From an uncultured candidatus Porisulfidus sp. (lineage in GTDB: Bacteria > Pseudomonadota > Gammaproteobacteria > Poriferisulfidales > Poriferisulfidaceae): a DNA stretch of 64,000 nucleotides. The notes under the pieces were generated by a model. That model saw only the letters and a list, made by a program, of their open reading frames with translations. It had not been told where the DNA came from and searched no databases. This document shows, piece after piece, positions 40,702 to 53,012 of this stretch; the first letter of the stretch is position 1; each line of letters opens with the position of its first letter. Position numbers and translations under genes: made by a program. The stretch covers positions 32,001 to 96,000 of the forward strand of contig CBDASZ010000002.1 in the NCBI GenBank assembly GCA_965199755.1. Reading direction: 5' to 3'.

Positions 40702-41013
40702 ATGCCTGCTTCTGCTGATTCCAGCATCAACCGCAGTCGGGTTATCGAGCGCATCTGCCGCCGACATCCGCAATTATCCTCCCGCGACGTACACGACGCG
40801 GTGAATCTGATTCTGGAGCGCATGGCGCAGGCGCTGGTCGATCACGACCGGGTGGAACTGCGTGGTTTCGGCACATTTTCCTTACGCAAACGCCAGCCGC
40901 GGATGGCGCGCAATCCGCGCACCGGACAGTCTGTGGTGGTCGGCACGCGCTACGTGCCGCACTTCAAGCCGGGCAAACGCCTGCGCCAAAAACTAGCGAA
41001 ACAAGGGGAATAA
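40702..41013 (+). CDS. ihfB: Integration host factor beta
   Basis: RVELRGFGTF, ARNPRTG and VPHFKPGK motifs; follows rpsA. Confidence 0.93.
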   Translation: MPASADSSINRSRVIERICRRHPQLSSRDVHDAVNLILERMAQALVDHDRVELRGFGTFSLRKRQPRMARNPRTGQSVVVGTRYVPHFKPGKRLRQKLAKQGE

Positions 41014-41097
41014 GACCCCCTGTTCTCATGCCGTGCGCCTTCGCGCGCAGCGGTTATCTGCTATATTCTTGGGGTTCACACGACCCGGTTTCCGAAC

Positions 41098-41388
41098 ATG
41101 AAGAAATTCAGTATGCCGATCGTCTTTCTGCTGCTGCTGGCCGCCAGCCTGATTCTGGCCATGACCAACCCGCAGTTCGTCAACGTCAACCTGTACTTCA
41201 CCCAGCACAGCATGCAGCTGGGCTTGGCTTTGGTCGCCACCCTCGCGCTGGGGCTGGGACTGGCCACTCTCATGGGCGGCTGGATGGTGTTGCGCTATCG
41301 GCTGCGCCTGTCGCAACTGCAGCGCCAGTACGATCTGGTGTATCAGGAAGTCCGCAACCTGCGGCGCATGCCCATTCACGAGGCTTGA
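41098..41388 (+). CDS. lapA: LPS assembly protein A
   Basis: Two TM segments with a coiled C-terminus ending EVRNLRRMP; lies between ihfB and lapB. Confidence 0.75.
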   Translation: MKKFSMPIVFLLLLAASLILAMTNPQFVNVNLYFTQHSMQLGLALVATLALGLGLATLMGGWMVLRYRLRLSQLQRQYDLVYQEVRNLRRMPIHEA

Positions 41389-41392
41389 TGCC

Positions 41393-42586
41393 ATGACCAC
41401 CCTGCTGTGGCTGTTGCTGCCGATCGCCGCGCTGAGCGGCTGGTGGGCGGCGCGTCATGATCAGCAGCACAAGCAGCCCAAACCGATCCCCCGCCACTAT
41501 CTCAAGGGCATCAACTACCTGCTGAACGAGCAGCCGGACAAGGCTATTGACCTGTTCGTCAATATTGTGGATCTGGACGCCGACACGGTGGAGACTTACA
41601 TTGTGCTAGGCAATCTGATGCGCCGGCGCGGCGAGGTGGAGCGCGCGATTCGCCTGCATCAAAGCCTGATCGCCCGACCCAATCTGGACAACCAGTCCAA
41701 AGCCGACGCCCTGCTTGAACTGGGGCGGGATTATCTGAAGGCCGGCATGTTTGACCGCGCTCGCCACCTGCTGCACGGCGTACTGGATACGGACAGCCAC
41801 CAGCTCGAAGCACTGCATCATCTGCGCGAGATCTACGAGCAGGAGAAAGAATGGGAAGACGCGATTCAGAACGCACGACAGATTGAGCGCCACAACGGCG
41901 GCTCTCAGCATAATCTGATTGCGCAGTACTACTGTGAACTTGGCGAACTCGCCCTGTCAGGCGGCGGTCGAGCCGGTCAGGAAGAAGCGATTGCTCATGC
42001 GCGCAAAGCGCTCAGTTTCAACTCCGGCTGCGCGCGCGCGCATCTGATGCTCGGCGATATCTCCAACCGTCAGGACGATCCGCACGCCGCCATTCGCCAC
42101 TATCGCGAAGCCTACCAGCAACGCCCGGCATTCGCGCCGCGCATTATTCAGCGTCTGCAAGATGCCTATCAGAAACTCGGCGACACCGACGGATTCCAGC
42201 GCTTCCTGTCTGGCGTACATCACGAACAGCACGCCTTGTTCCCGGCGCTGTCCCTGCTGAAGAGCATTCAGTCGCAAGGCAATGGCGCGGAACTGGAAGA
42301 CGTGTTCGACTCCGCCTTCAAGACCAACCCCTCCTCACTGGTGCTATTGCGTGAATACATTGAAGCGATAACCGAGAACCGTATTGCCAGCGATCAACAG
42401 AGCCTGCGCAAGGTGCTCGGCGTTCTGGAGCACTATTTGGGAGGACGGCCTACGCACGAATGCTCCAACTGCCAGTTGCAGGTGCACAGCCTGTTCTGGC
42501 AATGCCCCAGTTGCCATCAATGGGATACTCTGGAGATGGTTGAACCGTACGCGGAGAAAGTCTCGCAGCAACCGTATCTGGTCTGA
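41393..42586 (+). CDS. lapB: LPS assembly protein B
   Basis: N-terminal TM, YLKGINYLLNEQPDKAI, TPR repeats and a C-terminal rubredoxin CSNC...CPSC. Confidence 0.94.
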   Translation: MTTLLWLLLPIAALSGWWAARHDQQHKQPKPIPRHYLKGINYLLNEQPDKAIDLFVNIVDLDADTVETYIVLGNLMRRRGEVERAIRLHQSLIARPNLDNQSKADALLELGRDYLKAGMFDRARHLLHGVLDTDSHQLEALHHLREIYEQEKEWEDAIQNARQIERHNGGSQHNLIAQYYCELGELALSGGGRAGQEEAIAHARKALSFNSGCARAHLMLGDISNRQDDPHAAIRHYREAYQQRPAFAPRIIQRLQDAYQKLGDTDGFQRFLSGVHHEQHALFPALSLLKSIQSQGNGAELEDVFDSAFKTNPSSLVLLREYIEAITENRIASDQQSLRKVLGVLEHYLGGRPTHECSNCQLQVHSLFWQCPSCHQWDTLEMVEPYAEKVSQQPYLV

Positions 42587-42591
42587 ACCCT

Positions 42592-43290
42592 TTGCCCCCC
42601 ACACGCCCTGCTCCCGGCCTGATCGTCGCGCTCGATGGACTGACGGTACTGGAGGCCCGCGCCCTCGCCGGCTGTCTGCCGCACAGTGACTGCCGGCTGA
42701 AAGTCGGTGCCGAGTTGTTCGTCAAGGGCGGCCCGCAACTGGTGCAGGAGTTGCAACAAGACGGCTTTGAGATCTTTCTGGATCTGAAATTCCACGACAT
42801 TCCCAACACGGTCGCGGCCGCGGTTCGCGCCGCTCGTGAACTGGGCGTGTGGATGTGCACCGTACACGCATCAGGCGGCACCGATATGCTGGAAGCGGCC
42901 CGCGAGGCCGCCGCGGGCGGACTGCACGTCGTCGCCGTCACCGTGCTGACGTCACTGGATGCGGCCGATCTGCAACGTGTGGGACAGGACGCCTTGCCGC
43001 AACAAGTGGTGCGACTGGCGCAACTGGCGCAGCATTGCGGTGTCTCCGGCATCGTCTGCTCGCCGCAAGAAGCGGAGACGGTGCGGCAGGAATGCGGTGA
43101 GGAATTTCTGATTGTCACGCCCGGCATTCGCCTGATCGAGCAGGCCGATGACCAAAAACGTGTCACCACACCGGCGATGGCGGCGCGGGCAGGCGCTGAT
43201 CATCTGGTCATCGGACGTCCCATCGCGCAGGCGGATGACCCGGCTGCGGCGCTCGCGGCCTTTCTGCAGGCGCGAGACGCCGCCGATTGA
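42592..43290 (+). CDS. pyrF: Orotidine 5'-phosphate decarboxylase
   Basis: LIVALD, FLDLKFHDIPNT, VTPGIR and DDQKRV motifs. Confidence 0.97.
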   Translation: MPPTRPAPGLIVALDGLTVLEARALAGCLPHSDCRLKVGAELFVKGGPQLVQELQQDGFEIFLDLKFHDIPNTVAAAVRAARELGVWMCTVHASGGTDMLEAAREAAAGGLHVVAVTVLTSLDAADLQRVGQDALPQQVVRLAQLAQHCGVSGIVCSPQEAETVRQECGEEFLIVTPGIRLIEQADDQKRVTTPAMAARAGADHLVIGRPIAQADDPAAALAAFLQARDAAD

Positions 43291-43320
43291 AATAGTCCTC
43301 TATAATCTCTCCCCTACAAA

Positions 43321-43475
43321 TTCAGGTGTCTGCTTCGGCAGGTGAAACTGGGAAGTCCGGTGCGCCCGACAGGGCAAGGCCGGCGCTGCCCCCGCAACGG
43401 TATGCAAGTTTCGGCTTGCGAGCCCGGAGACCGGCCTGGATTTGACGCATCAGGACTGCGGCGGGCGACCCATGA
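43321..43475 (+). ncRNA. Cobalamin riboswitch
   Basis: AGGTG...AAACTGGGAAGTCCGGTG...CCGGCGCTGCCCCCGCAACGGT...AGCCCGGAGACCGGCCT (B12 box); kissing-loop partner GCGG near 43458; directly upstream of a TonB-dependent receptor. Confidence 0.92.
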
Positions 43476-43545
43476 TGTACTTCCACATCCATGCGCGGCA
43501 TGGCTGTAGGCGGATGCCTGCCTTAGACCGTATTCGGAGGCCGGC

Positions 43546-45369
43546 ATGTCCCCTCAAAAATCCCCCCTGCTGCTAGGCGCGCTATTGCTGGCATGGTCGG
43601 CGCATGTTCATGCGCAAAAACCGGAAGTCGTCCATGTCACCGCCTCACGCATCCCTCAGGAACTACACGCTATTGGCAGTTCTGTCACCGTCATTGATCT
43701 GGATGACTGGGGCGGTCCGCAGCAGATGCTGACCGACGTCCTGCATGGTCTTGAAGGCATCCACATCAACAGCTCCGGCGGCATTGGCCAGTTGTCTGAG
43801 TTGCGCATGCGCGGAGGTGAATCCAATCACGTGCTGGTCTTGCTCGACGGCGTGGAATTGAATGATCCTTCCAGCGGCGCGGTGAGTTTTGCGCAACTCG
43901 ACACCACCGGCATTGCACGCATTGAAATTTTGCGCGGCGCACAAAGCGCACTGTGGGGGAGCCACGCAATCTCTGGCGTCATTCATCTCAGCAGCCGGGA
44001 CGGCGGCTTCTCGCGCGCACGGGTGTCTGGTGGATCAGACGCAGAACAACAGGTCTCAGTGCAATTCGCGCATGAGGCGCGGAACCTGCGTGTCAATACC
44101 TCCCTACAGTATCACCGAAGTTCCGGCGAGGTCACCGCGCCGGGCGGACACGAGGAAGATGACTATCGCAATCGTACCGCGCAAATCGGCCTGCGCTGGG
44201 CACCAAGCGCGGCACTGGAAACCCGCGTCTCAATTCGGCACACGCAAGCGCGCACGGAATACGATGGCTTCGACTTCGCCAATCTGACCGCGGTGGATCA
44301 GGAGTATCAGTCTCACACGCGCACGGCGGTGATGAACGCGGCTGTCGATGCAGACGCCTTCGGCTTGCAGCAGCAGTGGAGTCTGGAATATCTGCAGTCG
44401 CACAGTAACTTTGAGGATAGGTTCCCGCAAACCGTCGTAACCCAACGGGTGCGCGCGCGCGGCTTGGTCTGGAAGGAGATCAGCCGCTGTCCCGGCGGCC
44501 CCTGTACGCTCGGCGCGGGCGCGGAATGGAGCCGTGAGCGCTACAGCAGAAGCGGCATCACCCCGCTGCGACTGACTTCCTCCAGTCTGTTGGGGATTCT
44601 GAAGTGGCAACCTCTGGCGCATGTGCATGCGGACGTGTCGCTGCGCCGCGACAACAATCATGACTTTCAGGACGCCCGCACCTGGCGCGCGTCCGTGGCA
44701 TGGCGTCTCCCTGAGCTCTCCACGCGCCTGTACTTGGCGAGCGGCAGCGCCAACACCAATCCGACCTTGACCGAGCGCTTCGGATATTTCCCGGACTTCT
44801 TTATCGGCAACCCTGATGTTAAGCCTGAGCGCGCGCGCACGCACGAAATTGGCGGGAGTTATGACTCCGGGCGGCTATGTTGCAGCGTGGACCTGCGCTA
44901 TTTCTACCAACGTCTGGAAGATGAAATCGGCGTTTCCAGTGATTTCACCACCGTGCAAAACCTTCAGGATGACTCCTATCGCCGCGGCGTAGAGCTGGAA
45001 TGGCGCACCGCTTCGGTCCACAACTGGACGGTGTCCGGCGGCTATACCTGGCTGCGCGCCACCGAAGAAGGAGCCAGCCGCGATCGCGCTGAGGCCCGCC
45101 GAGCACGGCACCAATATCAACTTGCGCTGGAATATCACAGCGAACTGTGGGATGCCCGACTTGATGCCAGCACCGTTCGCGGATTGAAGGATTTCGGGCG
45201 CACTCTGGACAATCACCGTCAGGTCCGCTTGAGCCTGAGTCGAACTCTGAGTCCTCAGTTGCGCGCGGAACTGCACATCACCAATGCGCTCGATGAATCG
45301 TGGCAGGAAGTGCTGGGCTATGAGGCCCCAGATCGCAATATTCGCATCGGTCTGGTCTGGCAGCCATAA
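43546..45369 (+). CDS. btuB: TonB-dependent cobalamin receptor (BtuB-like)
   Basis: Signal peptide, VVHVTASR, plug motifs MRGGESNHVLVLLDG and RIEILRGAQSALWG, GNPDVKPE; GGAGG RBS; cobalamin riboswitch upstream. Confidence 0.85.
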   Translation: MSPQKSPLLLGALLLAWSAHVHAQKPEVVHVTASRIPQELHAIGSSVTVIDLDDWGGPQQMLTDVLHGLEGIHINSSGGIGQLSELRMRGGESNHVLVLLDGVELNDPSSGAVSFAQLDTTGIARIEILRGAQSALWGSHAISGVIHLSSRDGGFSRARVSGGSDAEQQVSVQFAHEARNLRVNTSLQYHRSSGEVTAPGGHEEDDYRNRTAQIGLRWAPSAALETRVSIRHTQARTEYDGFDFANLTAVDQEYQSHTRTAVMNAAVDADAFGLQQQWSLEYLQSHSNFEDRFPQTVVTQRVRARGLVWKEISRCPGGPCTLGAGAEWSRERYSRSGITPLRLTSSSLLGILKWQPLAHVHADVSLRRDNNHDFQDARTWRASVAWRLPELSTRLYLASGSANTNPTLTERFGYFPDFFIGNPDVKPERARTHEIGGSYDSGRLCCSVDLRYFYQRLEDEIGVSSDFTTVQNLQDDSYRRGVELEWRTASVHNWTVSGGYTWLRATEEGASRDRAEARRARHQYQLALEYHSELWDARLDASTVRGLKDFGRTLDNHRQVRLSLSRTLSPQLRAELHITNALDESWQEVLGYEAPDRNIRIGLVWQP

Positions 45370-45412
45370 TCACAAGAGAATCGTATTCCAATCGCTCATA
45401 CAAGGGGAACCA

Positions 45413-45562
45413 ATGCTTGTGAATCCGCTATTGACCGTCGGAGGCGTAGAGAAACTCCCATTCACCGGAAGCAGCAAAAACGCCGCAGTAATGGCACGGC
45501 TGGAAATGCAGTTGGCCTACGGCTTCGCCGCAAGCCCGCGCCTTGGTGTCGCATGGTGGTAG
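45413..45562 (+). pseudogene. 49-aa ORF, possible collapsed remnant of an autotransporter-like beta-barrel
   Basis: MLVNPLLTVGGVEKLPFTGSSKNAAVMARLEMQLAYGFAASPRLGVAWW*, preceded by AAGGGG. The ARLEMQLAYGF segment alternates like a barrel strand. Confidence 0.35.
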
Positions 45563-45673
45563 CGCACAGGCAGCCTTCCACTACCGTACTCTGCGCCCAA
45601 TCATTCATCAGAAACACCCTGCACCGCACCTTATGCGGTTAAAATTGGTGCTCCCACTATTGCCGAGAATTAC

Positions 45674-46273
45674 GTGTCTACTTCTCTTGCCCGTATCTTG
45701 CTGCTACTGCTGTTTGTCGCCTCCGCAGGTGTTGCAATCTGGTGGAGTTTGAGTTCGAGCACACCCGGCACCACAGCCACGCTGTTTGGAGAGCAATCCC
45801 GCCCCCTGCCAGAACTCTCACTGGTACGCCATGACGAAAAACCTCTGCGCACGGAAGACTTCGAAGGTCGCTGGAGCTTGCTGTTCTTCGGCTACTCCCA
45901 ATGCCCGGATATCTGCTCCCCCACGCTGCAGCAGTTGACGCAAGCCTTAAATCTTCTGGGACACGAATCCGGGCAACTGATATTCGTCTCCATTGATCCG
46001 CCACGTGATGGCCCCGACCTGCTGACGCAATACGTACGCCACTTCCATCCCTCCACGCTGGGCGTCACAGGTACGACGGAAGACATCAGCGCTTTTTCCA
46101 AATACTTCGGTGCCTACGCCGCGAAACGCGAAGTTGAAGGCGGCTATCTGATGGATCACAGCGCCGGCGTCTGGCTGATCGACCCACAAGCGCGCATTGC
46201 CGGAGTCTTCACCACCCCGCTCACACCAGAAGCCATTGCCGCAGACCTGCAGTATCTGATCGGGCGCTCCTGA
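45674..46273 (+). CDS. SCO1/SenC family copper chaperone
   Basis: N-terminal TM, FFGYSQCPDIC (CxxxC), SIDPPRD and MDHS. Confidence 0.92.
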   Translation: MSTSLARILLLLLFVASAGVAIWWSLSSSTPGTTATLFGEQSRPLPELSLVRHDEKPLRTEDFEGRWSLLFFGYSQCPDICSPTLQQLTQALNLLGHESGQLIFVSIDPPRDGPDLLTQYVRHFHPSTLGVTGTTEDISAFSKYFGAYAAKREVEGGYLMDHSAGVWLIDPQARIAGVFTTPLTPEAIAADLQYLIGRS

Positions 46274-47193
46274 TGAATCTCGCTCAAATAACTCTGCCGT
46301 CATGGTTGCAGACGTTGCGTGCATGGCTGTTTCACTGCTATCCGCACCGCTGGCTGTCCGCTCTGGTATACGGATTGGCGCGCATTGAAATCCCGGTCGT
46401 AAAGAACTACCTGAATACCGGCTTCGCACGGGCGCTCGCGCTCGACATGAGCGAAGCGGAAATTGAAGATCCGAAGCAATACCCAACGCTGGACGCCCTA
46501 TTCGTGCGTGCGATGAAGCCCGAATGCCGCCCCTGGGCGGAAGACCCCGAAGTGCTGGCCTCGCCGTGCGACTGCCGCATCAGTCAGATCGGTACCATTG
46601 AAGATGGCCGCATTATTCAGGCCAAAGGACAGGGCTTCAGTGTCGATGAACTTTTGGGGGCGGAAGCGCCGGAATTCGCGCACGGCCACTACGCCACCTT
46701 GTATCTGTCACCGCGCTTTTGCCACCGCGTGTATATGCCTCTACCCGGGCGTCTGCTGGAAATGCGCCATATTCCTGGACGACAATTCAGTGTCGCGCCC
46801 TACGCGACCGAACGCATCGCGCGATTGTTCGCGCGCAATGAGCGTGTTGTCAATCTGTTCGAAGATGAGTACGGCACCCGGTTCGCGGTAGTGATGGTCG
46901 GTGCGCAGAATGTCGCGTCCATGGAGATGAGCTGGTGCGGTGTGGTCTCACCGCGACGCCATGCGATCACACGGCAAGATTATTCAGGCAACAAGGCTCC
47001 TGAAGTCAGACTAGCGCGCGGCGATGAGATCGGACGCTTTCATTTTGGCTCCACCGTTATTCTTCTGAGCACGCATGCCAACCGGGCTCCGGCACCTGGG
47101 GTCGAGATTGATTCGCTGCTGCACTATGGCCAGCCTTTGCTGTGCCCTCCCGCCGCGACTGTGGAACCGACGCTGGAATCAGATACAGACTAG
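46273..47193 (+). CDS. psd: Phosphatidylserine decarboxylase proenzyme
   Basis: ASPCDCRISQIG, TLYLSPRFCHRV, FARNERV and self-cleavage motif FHFGSTVIL. Confidence 0.93.
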   Translation: MNLAQITLPSWLQTLRAWLFHCYPHRWLSALVYGLARIEIPVVKNYLNTGFARALALDMSEAEIEDPKQYPTLDALFVRAMKPECRPWAEDPEVLASPCDCRISQIGTIEDGRIIQAKGQGFSVDELLGAEAPEFAHGHYATLYLSPRFCHRVYMPLPGRLLEMRHIPGRQFSVAPYATERIARLFARNERVVNLFEDEYGTRFAVVMVGAQNVASMEMSWCGVVSPRRHAITRQDYSGNKAPEVRLARGDEIGRFHFGSTVILLSTHANRAPAPGVEIDSLLHYGQPLLCPPAATVEPTLESDTD

Positions 47194-47756
47194 CGCACGC
47201 GCGAGACGTACTCGCCTTCCCGGGTATCCACCCGGATAATTTCATCTTCTTCAACAAATAACGGCACACGCACAACTGCGCCGGTTTCAAGCGTGGCTGG
47301 TTTGGTCGCCCCGGAGACTGTATCGCCACGCACTCCGGGATCCGTTTGCGCTACGCGCAACTCTACGAACTGCGGCGGATTGAGCCGCACGGGCTGCTCT
47401 TCATAAAACAGCACCGCGCACATATCCTGTGCGCGCACCCAAGAAACCGCATCTCCCATCACTTCACCAGGAATCTGATATTGCTCGTAGGTATCCGGTG
47501 CCATAAATACCGCCCCGTCGCCGTCTGCATACAAGTACTGCAGATTGATCTCCCGCACCTCGGCCGCCTCCAGAGAGTCCCCTGACTTGACGGTCTTGTC
47601 CTTGACGCGCCCACTCAGCAGATTGCGAACTTTCATGCGCGTAAACGCCTGACCCTTGCCCGGCTTGCAAAACTCGGCCTCCACCACTTCGTGTGGTGCG
47701 CCATCGAGCATGATGCGCAACCCCGGCTTGAGGTCGCTTAAACTGTAACCTGCCAT
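47190..47756 (-). CDS. efp: Elongation factor P
   Basis: KPGKGQAF, TDPGVRGDT, KPATLETG and VPLFV motifs. Confidence 0.97.
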   Translation of the reverse strand: MAGYSLSDLKPGLRIMLDGAPHEVVEAEFCKPGKGQAFTRMKVRNLLSGRVKDKTVKSGDSLEAAEVREINLQYLYADGDGAVFMAPDTYEQYQIPGEVMGDAVSWVRAQDMCAVLFYEEQPVRLNPPQFVELRVAQTDPGVRGDTVSGATKPATLETGAVVRVPLFVEEDEIIRVDTREGEYVSRVR

Positions 47757-47860
47757 GATTTACTCTCGGGCATGGACGCGACTGACATCAGCAGCCCTGC
47801 CTCAAATCTCCTGTTTCTCTTGTGGGTTCAACGTCTGACAAGTGCTCATTTTAACGGCAG

Positions 47861-49785
<1,925 letters not shown>

Positions 49786-49788
49786 TCC

Positions 49789-52083
49789 ATGTCAAAGCAA
49801 GACGAACTGTTCAATCAGAAGAAAGCACCGAAGGGTGCTGGCACAGCCTCCGGCAACGGCTGCCTGCCGCTTGCAACGTTCGTCGAGCAGGCTTATCTGA
49901 ACTATTCCATGTATGTCATTCTGGACCGGGCTTTGCCGAGTCTGGCGGATGGCATGAAACCGGTACAACGGCGCATCGTCTACGCCATGTCCGAGCTGGG
50001 CCTGAAGGCAGGCAGCAAACCGAAGAAATCTGCGCGTACCGTCGGTGACGTGCTTGGCAAATACCACCCGCACGGCGATGACGCCTGCTATCGGGCCATG
50101 GTGCTAATGGCGCAGAGTTTCAGTTATCGCTATCCGCTGATTCTGGGTCAGGGCAACTGGGGCTCGACTGACGACCCCAAGTCATTCGCGGCGATGCGTT
50201 ACACGGAAGCAAGCCTCGCCCCCTACGCGCACTGCCTGTTGCAGGAATTGGATCAGGATACGGTCGACTGGCAGCCGAATTTCGATGGCACGCTGCAGGA
50301 ACCCAAAATTCTGCCGGCGCGCTTGCCCAACGTGTTGCTAAACGGCACCACCGGCATCGCCGTCGGCATGGCCACAGACATCCCGCCGCATAACCTGCGC
50401 GAAATCACTCAAGCCTGCATTCACCTGCTGGACAAACCCAAGGCCGAACTGGAAGAGTTGCTTGAACACATCCCCGGCCCCGACTATCCGACCGGCGGTG
50501 AGATCATCTCCTCCGCCAGCGAGTTGCGCGAAATCTATCAAGGCGGCACCGGCACCATGCGCGTGCGCGCCAGTATCGTCGAAGACAACAAGAATCTGGT
50601 CGTCACCGCCCTGCCGTGGCAAGTATCAGGTGCCCGCATCATGGCACAGATCGCGCAGCAGATGCGCGAAAAGAAATTGCCCCTGATCGAAGACTTGCGC
50701 GACGAGTCCGACCACGAAACCCCCACCCGACTGGTGATTGTGCCACGCAGCAATCGCGTGGATCGTCAGGCCCTGCTTTCACACCTGTTCGCGACCACGG
50801 ATCTGGAATCCTCCCTGCGTGTCAATCTGAATGTAATCGATCTAAACCGCCGGCCCAAAGTGATGGGGCTTCGAAACATACTCGAGCAATGGCTCAGTTT
50901 CCGCAAAGACACCGTCACACGCCGCTTGAAGTGCCGACTGGAAGTCATCGACAAGCGTCTGCACCTGCTCGATGGTCTGCTGATCGCGCATGCCAATCTG
51001 GATGAGGTCATCAAGATCATTCGTGAGAAAGACAAGCCCAAACCGGTGTTGATGAAACGCTTCAGCCTGAGCGAGAAACAAACGGATGCGATTCTGGAGA
51101 TCCGCTTGCGGCAACTGGCAAAACTCGAACACCAGAAACTGCAGCAGGAATACGAGGATCTGACCGCGGAGAAAACCAAACTTGAAGGCGTCCTCGGCTC
51201 CCCGAAACGCCTGAAGGCCTTAATGAAAAAAGAACTGACCGAGGACGCCAAACTCTACGGCGATGACCGGCGCACAGAAATCATCCGCGATGCCACGCAA
51301 GCGCAGGCCATGGAACAGTCCAAACTCACGCAGGCGGAGCCGGTGACCGTCATCTTGTCGCGCAATGGCCTGGTGCGCTGCGCCAAGGGCCATGACATTG
51401 ACCCGCAATCGCTGGCTTACAAGACCGGCGACAGCCTGCAGGAAATTGCCTACAGCAAAAGCGACCGCACCGTGCATTTTCTCGACAGCCACGGTCGGGT
51501 GTACTCCATGCCGGCGGCGCAAATGCCATCCGCGCGCTCTTTGGGAGAGCCACTAGCGAAACATTTCAGCCCTCCCGCTGGCGCACAATTCATCGGCCTG
51601 ATGGCCTCACACTCAAGTAGCCACTACCTGATGGGAAATGACTTCGGCTTCGCCTTTCTGGTGCCGCAGGAGAAACTGGGTGTGAAAGTGCGCGCCGGGC
51701 GCGCCACACTGAATCTGCCGGAAGGCGCAGAGGCCATGCGCCCGCAGCCAGTCGACAATCCCGAACACGCCTTCGTTATGGCTGGCACGACCGCGGGGAA
51801 CCTGCTGCTGGTGCCGGCACTGGATCTGCCGATTTTAGGCAGCGGCAAGGGACGGACAGTGCTGAAAATCCCACCGAAAGCGCGCGAGAGTGGCGGCGAG
51901 CGACTGAACCTGCTGGTCGCCATCACCGAAGGACAGAAACTGAAAATCTATACCGAAGGGACGCACCGCACACTGAAGTTTGCGGAACTGGCGGACTTCC
52001 ACGGTACCATGGCGTCGCGCGGCACCCGCAATGCGCTTGACAAACGCTGGCATAAAATCATCCGCTACGAAGTCCTCAACTGA
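49789..52083 (+). CDS. parC: Topoisomerase IV subunit A
   Basis: [24 protein letters not shown] and [13 protein letters not shown]; no GyrA-box. Confidence 0.96.
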   Translation: MSKQDELFNQKKAPKGAGTASGNGCLPLATFVEQAYLNYSMYVILDRALPSLADGMKPVQRRIVYAMSELGLKAGSKPKKSARTVGDVLGKYHPHGDDACYRAMVLMAQSFSYRYPLILGQGNWGSTDDPKSFAAMRYTEASLAPYAHCLLQELDQDTVDWQPNFDGTLQEPKILPARLPNVLLNGTTGIAVGMATDIPPHNLREITQACIHLLDKPKAELEELLEHIPGPDYPTGGEIISSASELREIYQGGTGTMRVRASIVEDNKNLVVTALPWQVSGARIMAQIAQQMREKKLPLIEDLRDESDHETPTRLVIVPRSNRVDRQALLSHLFATTDLESSLRVNLNVIDLNRRPKVMGLRNILEQWLSFRKDTVTRRLKCRLEVIDKRLHLLDGLLIAHANLDEVIKIIREKDKPKPVLMKRFSLSEKQTDAILEIRLRQLAKLEHQKLQQEYEDLTAEKTKLEGVLGSPKRLKALMKKELTEDAKLYGDDRRTEIIRDATQAQAMEQSKLTQAEPVTVILSRNGLVRCAKGHDIDPQSLAYKTGDSLQEIAYSKSDRTVHFLDSHGRVYSMPAAQMPSARSLGEPLAKHFSPPAGAQFIGLMASHSSSHYLMGNDFGFAFLVPQEKLGVKVRAGRATLNLPEGAEAMRPQPVDNPEHAFVMAGTTAGNLLLVPALDLPILGSGKGRTVLKIPPKARESGGERLNLLVAITEGQKLKIYTEGTHRTLKFAELADFHGTMASRGTRNALDKRWHKIIRYEVLN

Positions 52084-52094
52084 CCCACTGTCCT

Positions 52095-53012
52095 GTGAAC
52101 CGAATTTTTCTGTTTCTGGCCGTGAACGCGGCGATTCTGGTGCTGCTGAGCCTAGTCTTCTGGCTACTCGGAATCAATAACATTCTGGATGCCCAAGGTG
52201 TGCATCTTGATCTGTTTGCCCTGCTCGTCATGTCACTGGTGATCGGGTTCGGCGGTTCATTCATCTCGCTGTTTCTGTCGAAGTGGATGGCCAAACGCAT
52301 GTTTCGCGTGAAGATCATTGAGAAACCGGCCAACAGCACCGAGCAGTGGCTGTGCGACACCATCCACGCGCACTCCGAAGTCTGCTATATCAAGCCGCCT
52401 GAAATCGGAATCTTCGACAGTTCGCAGCCAAATGCATTCGCCACCGGCTCCTCCAAGAACAATGCGCTGGTCGCCGTCAGCACCGGCCTGCTCCAGCAAA
52501 TGAACCGTGATGAAGTGGAGGCCGTGATCGGACACGAAATGGCGCACGTCGCCAATGGCGACATGGTCACCATGGCCTTGCTGCAAGGGGTGGTCAACAC
52601 CTTCGTGGTGTTTTTATCGCGCGTGATCGGGTTTCTGGTTGATCGTCTGGTCTTCCGGGTGCAGCGCGGGTTCGGGCCGGGCTACTACATCGTGTCGATT
52701 CTCGCGCAGATCGTGCTGTCGGTGTTCGCTACCATGATCGTGATGTGGTTCTCTCGAAAGCGCGAGTTCAGCGCAGATGCCGGGAGTGCCTATCTCACCA
52801 GTCACAAGCAGATGTGTTCCGCGTTGCAACGGCTGCGCGAAGTCACGCAACCACGGGAACTGCCTGACACAATGGCGGCATTCGGCATCTCCGGGGCGCG
52901 CACCACCTCAGGGCTGAAGCGCCTGTTTCTGTCACACCCGCCGCTGGAGGAGCGTATTCGCGCGTTGCAGGAAGCAGAAAAGCGCTCCCAGGCCCAAAGC
53001 CACACGCCATGA
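52095..53012 (+). CDS. htpX: Membrane zinc protease HtpX
   Basis: PNAFATG, HEMAH, FSRKREFSAD and SHPPLEERI motifs. Confidence 0.96.
   Translation: MNRIFLFLAVNAAILVLLSLVFWLLGINNILDAQGVHLDLFALLVMSLVIGFGGSFISLFLSKWMAKRMFRVKIIEKPANSTEQWLCDTIHAHSEVCYIKPPEIGIFDSSQPNAFATGSSKNNALVAVSTGLLQQMNRDEVEAVIGHEMAHVANGDMVTMALLQGVVNTFVVFLSRVIGFLVDRLVFRVQRGFGPGYYIVSILAQIVLSVFATMIVMWFSRKREFSADAGSAYLTSHKQMCSALQRLREVTQPRELPDTMAAFGISGARTTSGLKRLFLSHPPLEERIRALQEAEKRSQAQSHTP

Noticed and set aside
41028-41400. Alternative 122-124 aa ORFs between ihfB and lapB
   Set aside because: The 96-aa two-TM frame (41098-41388) fits LapA and the conserved synteny.
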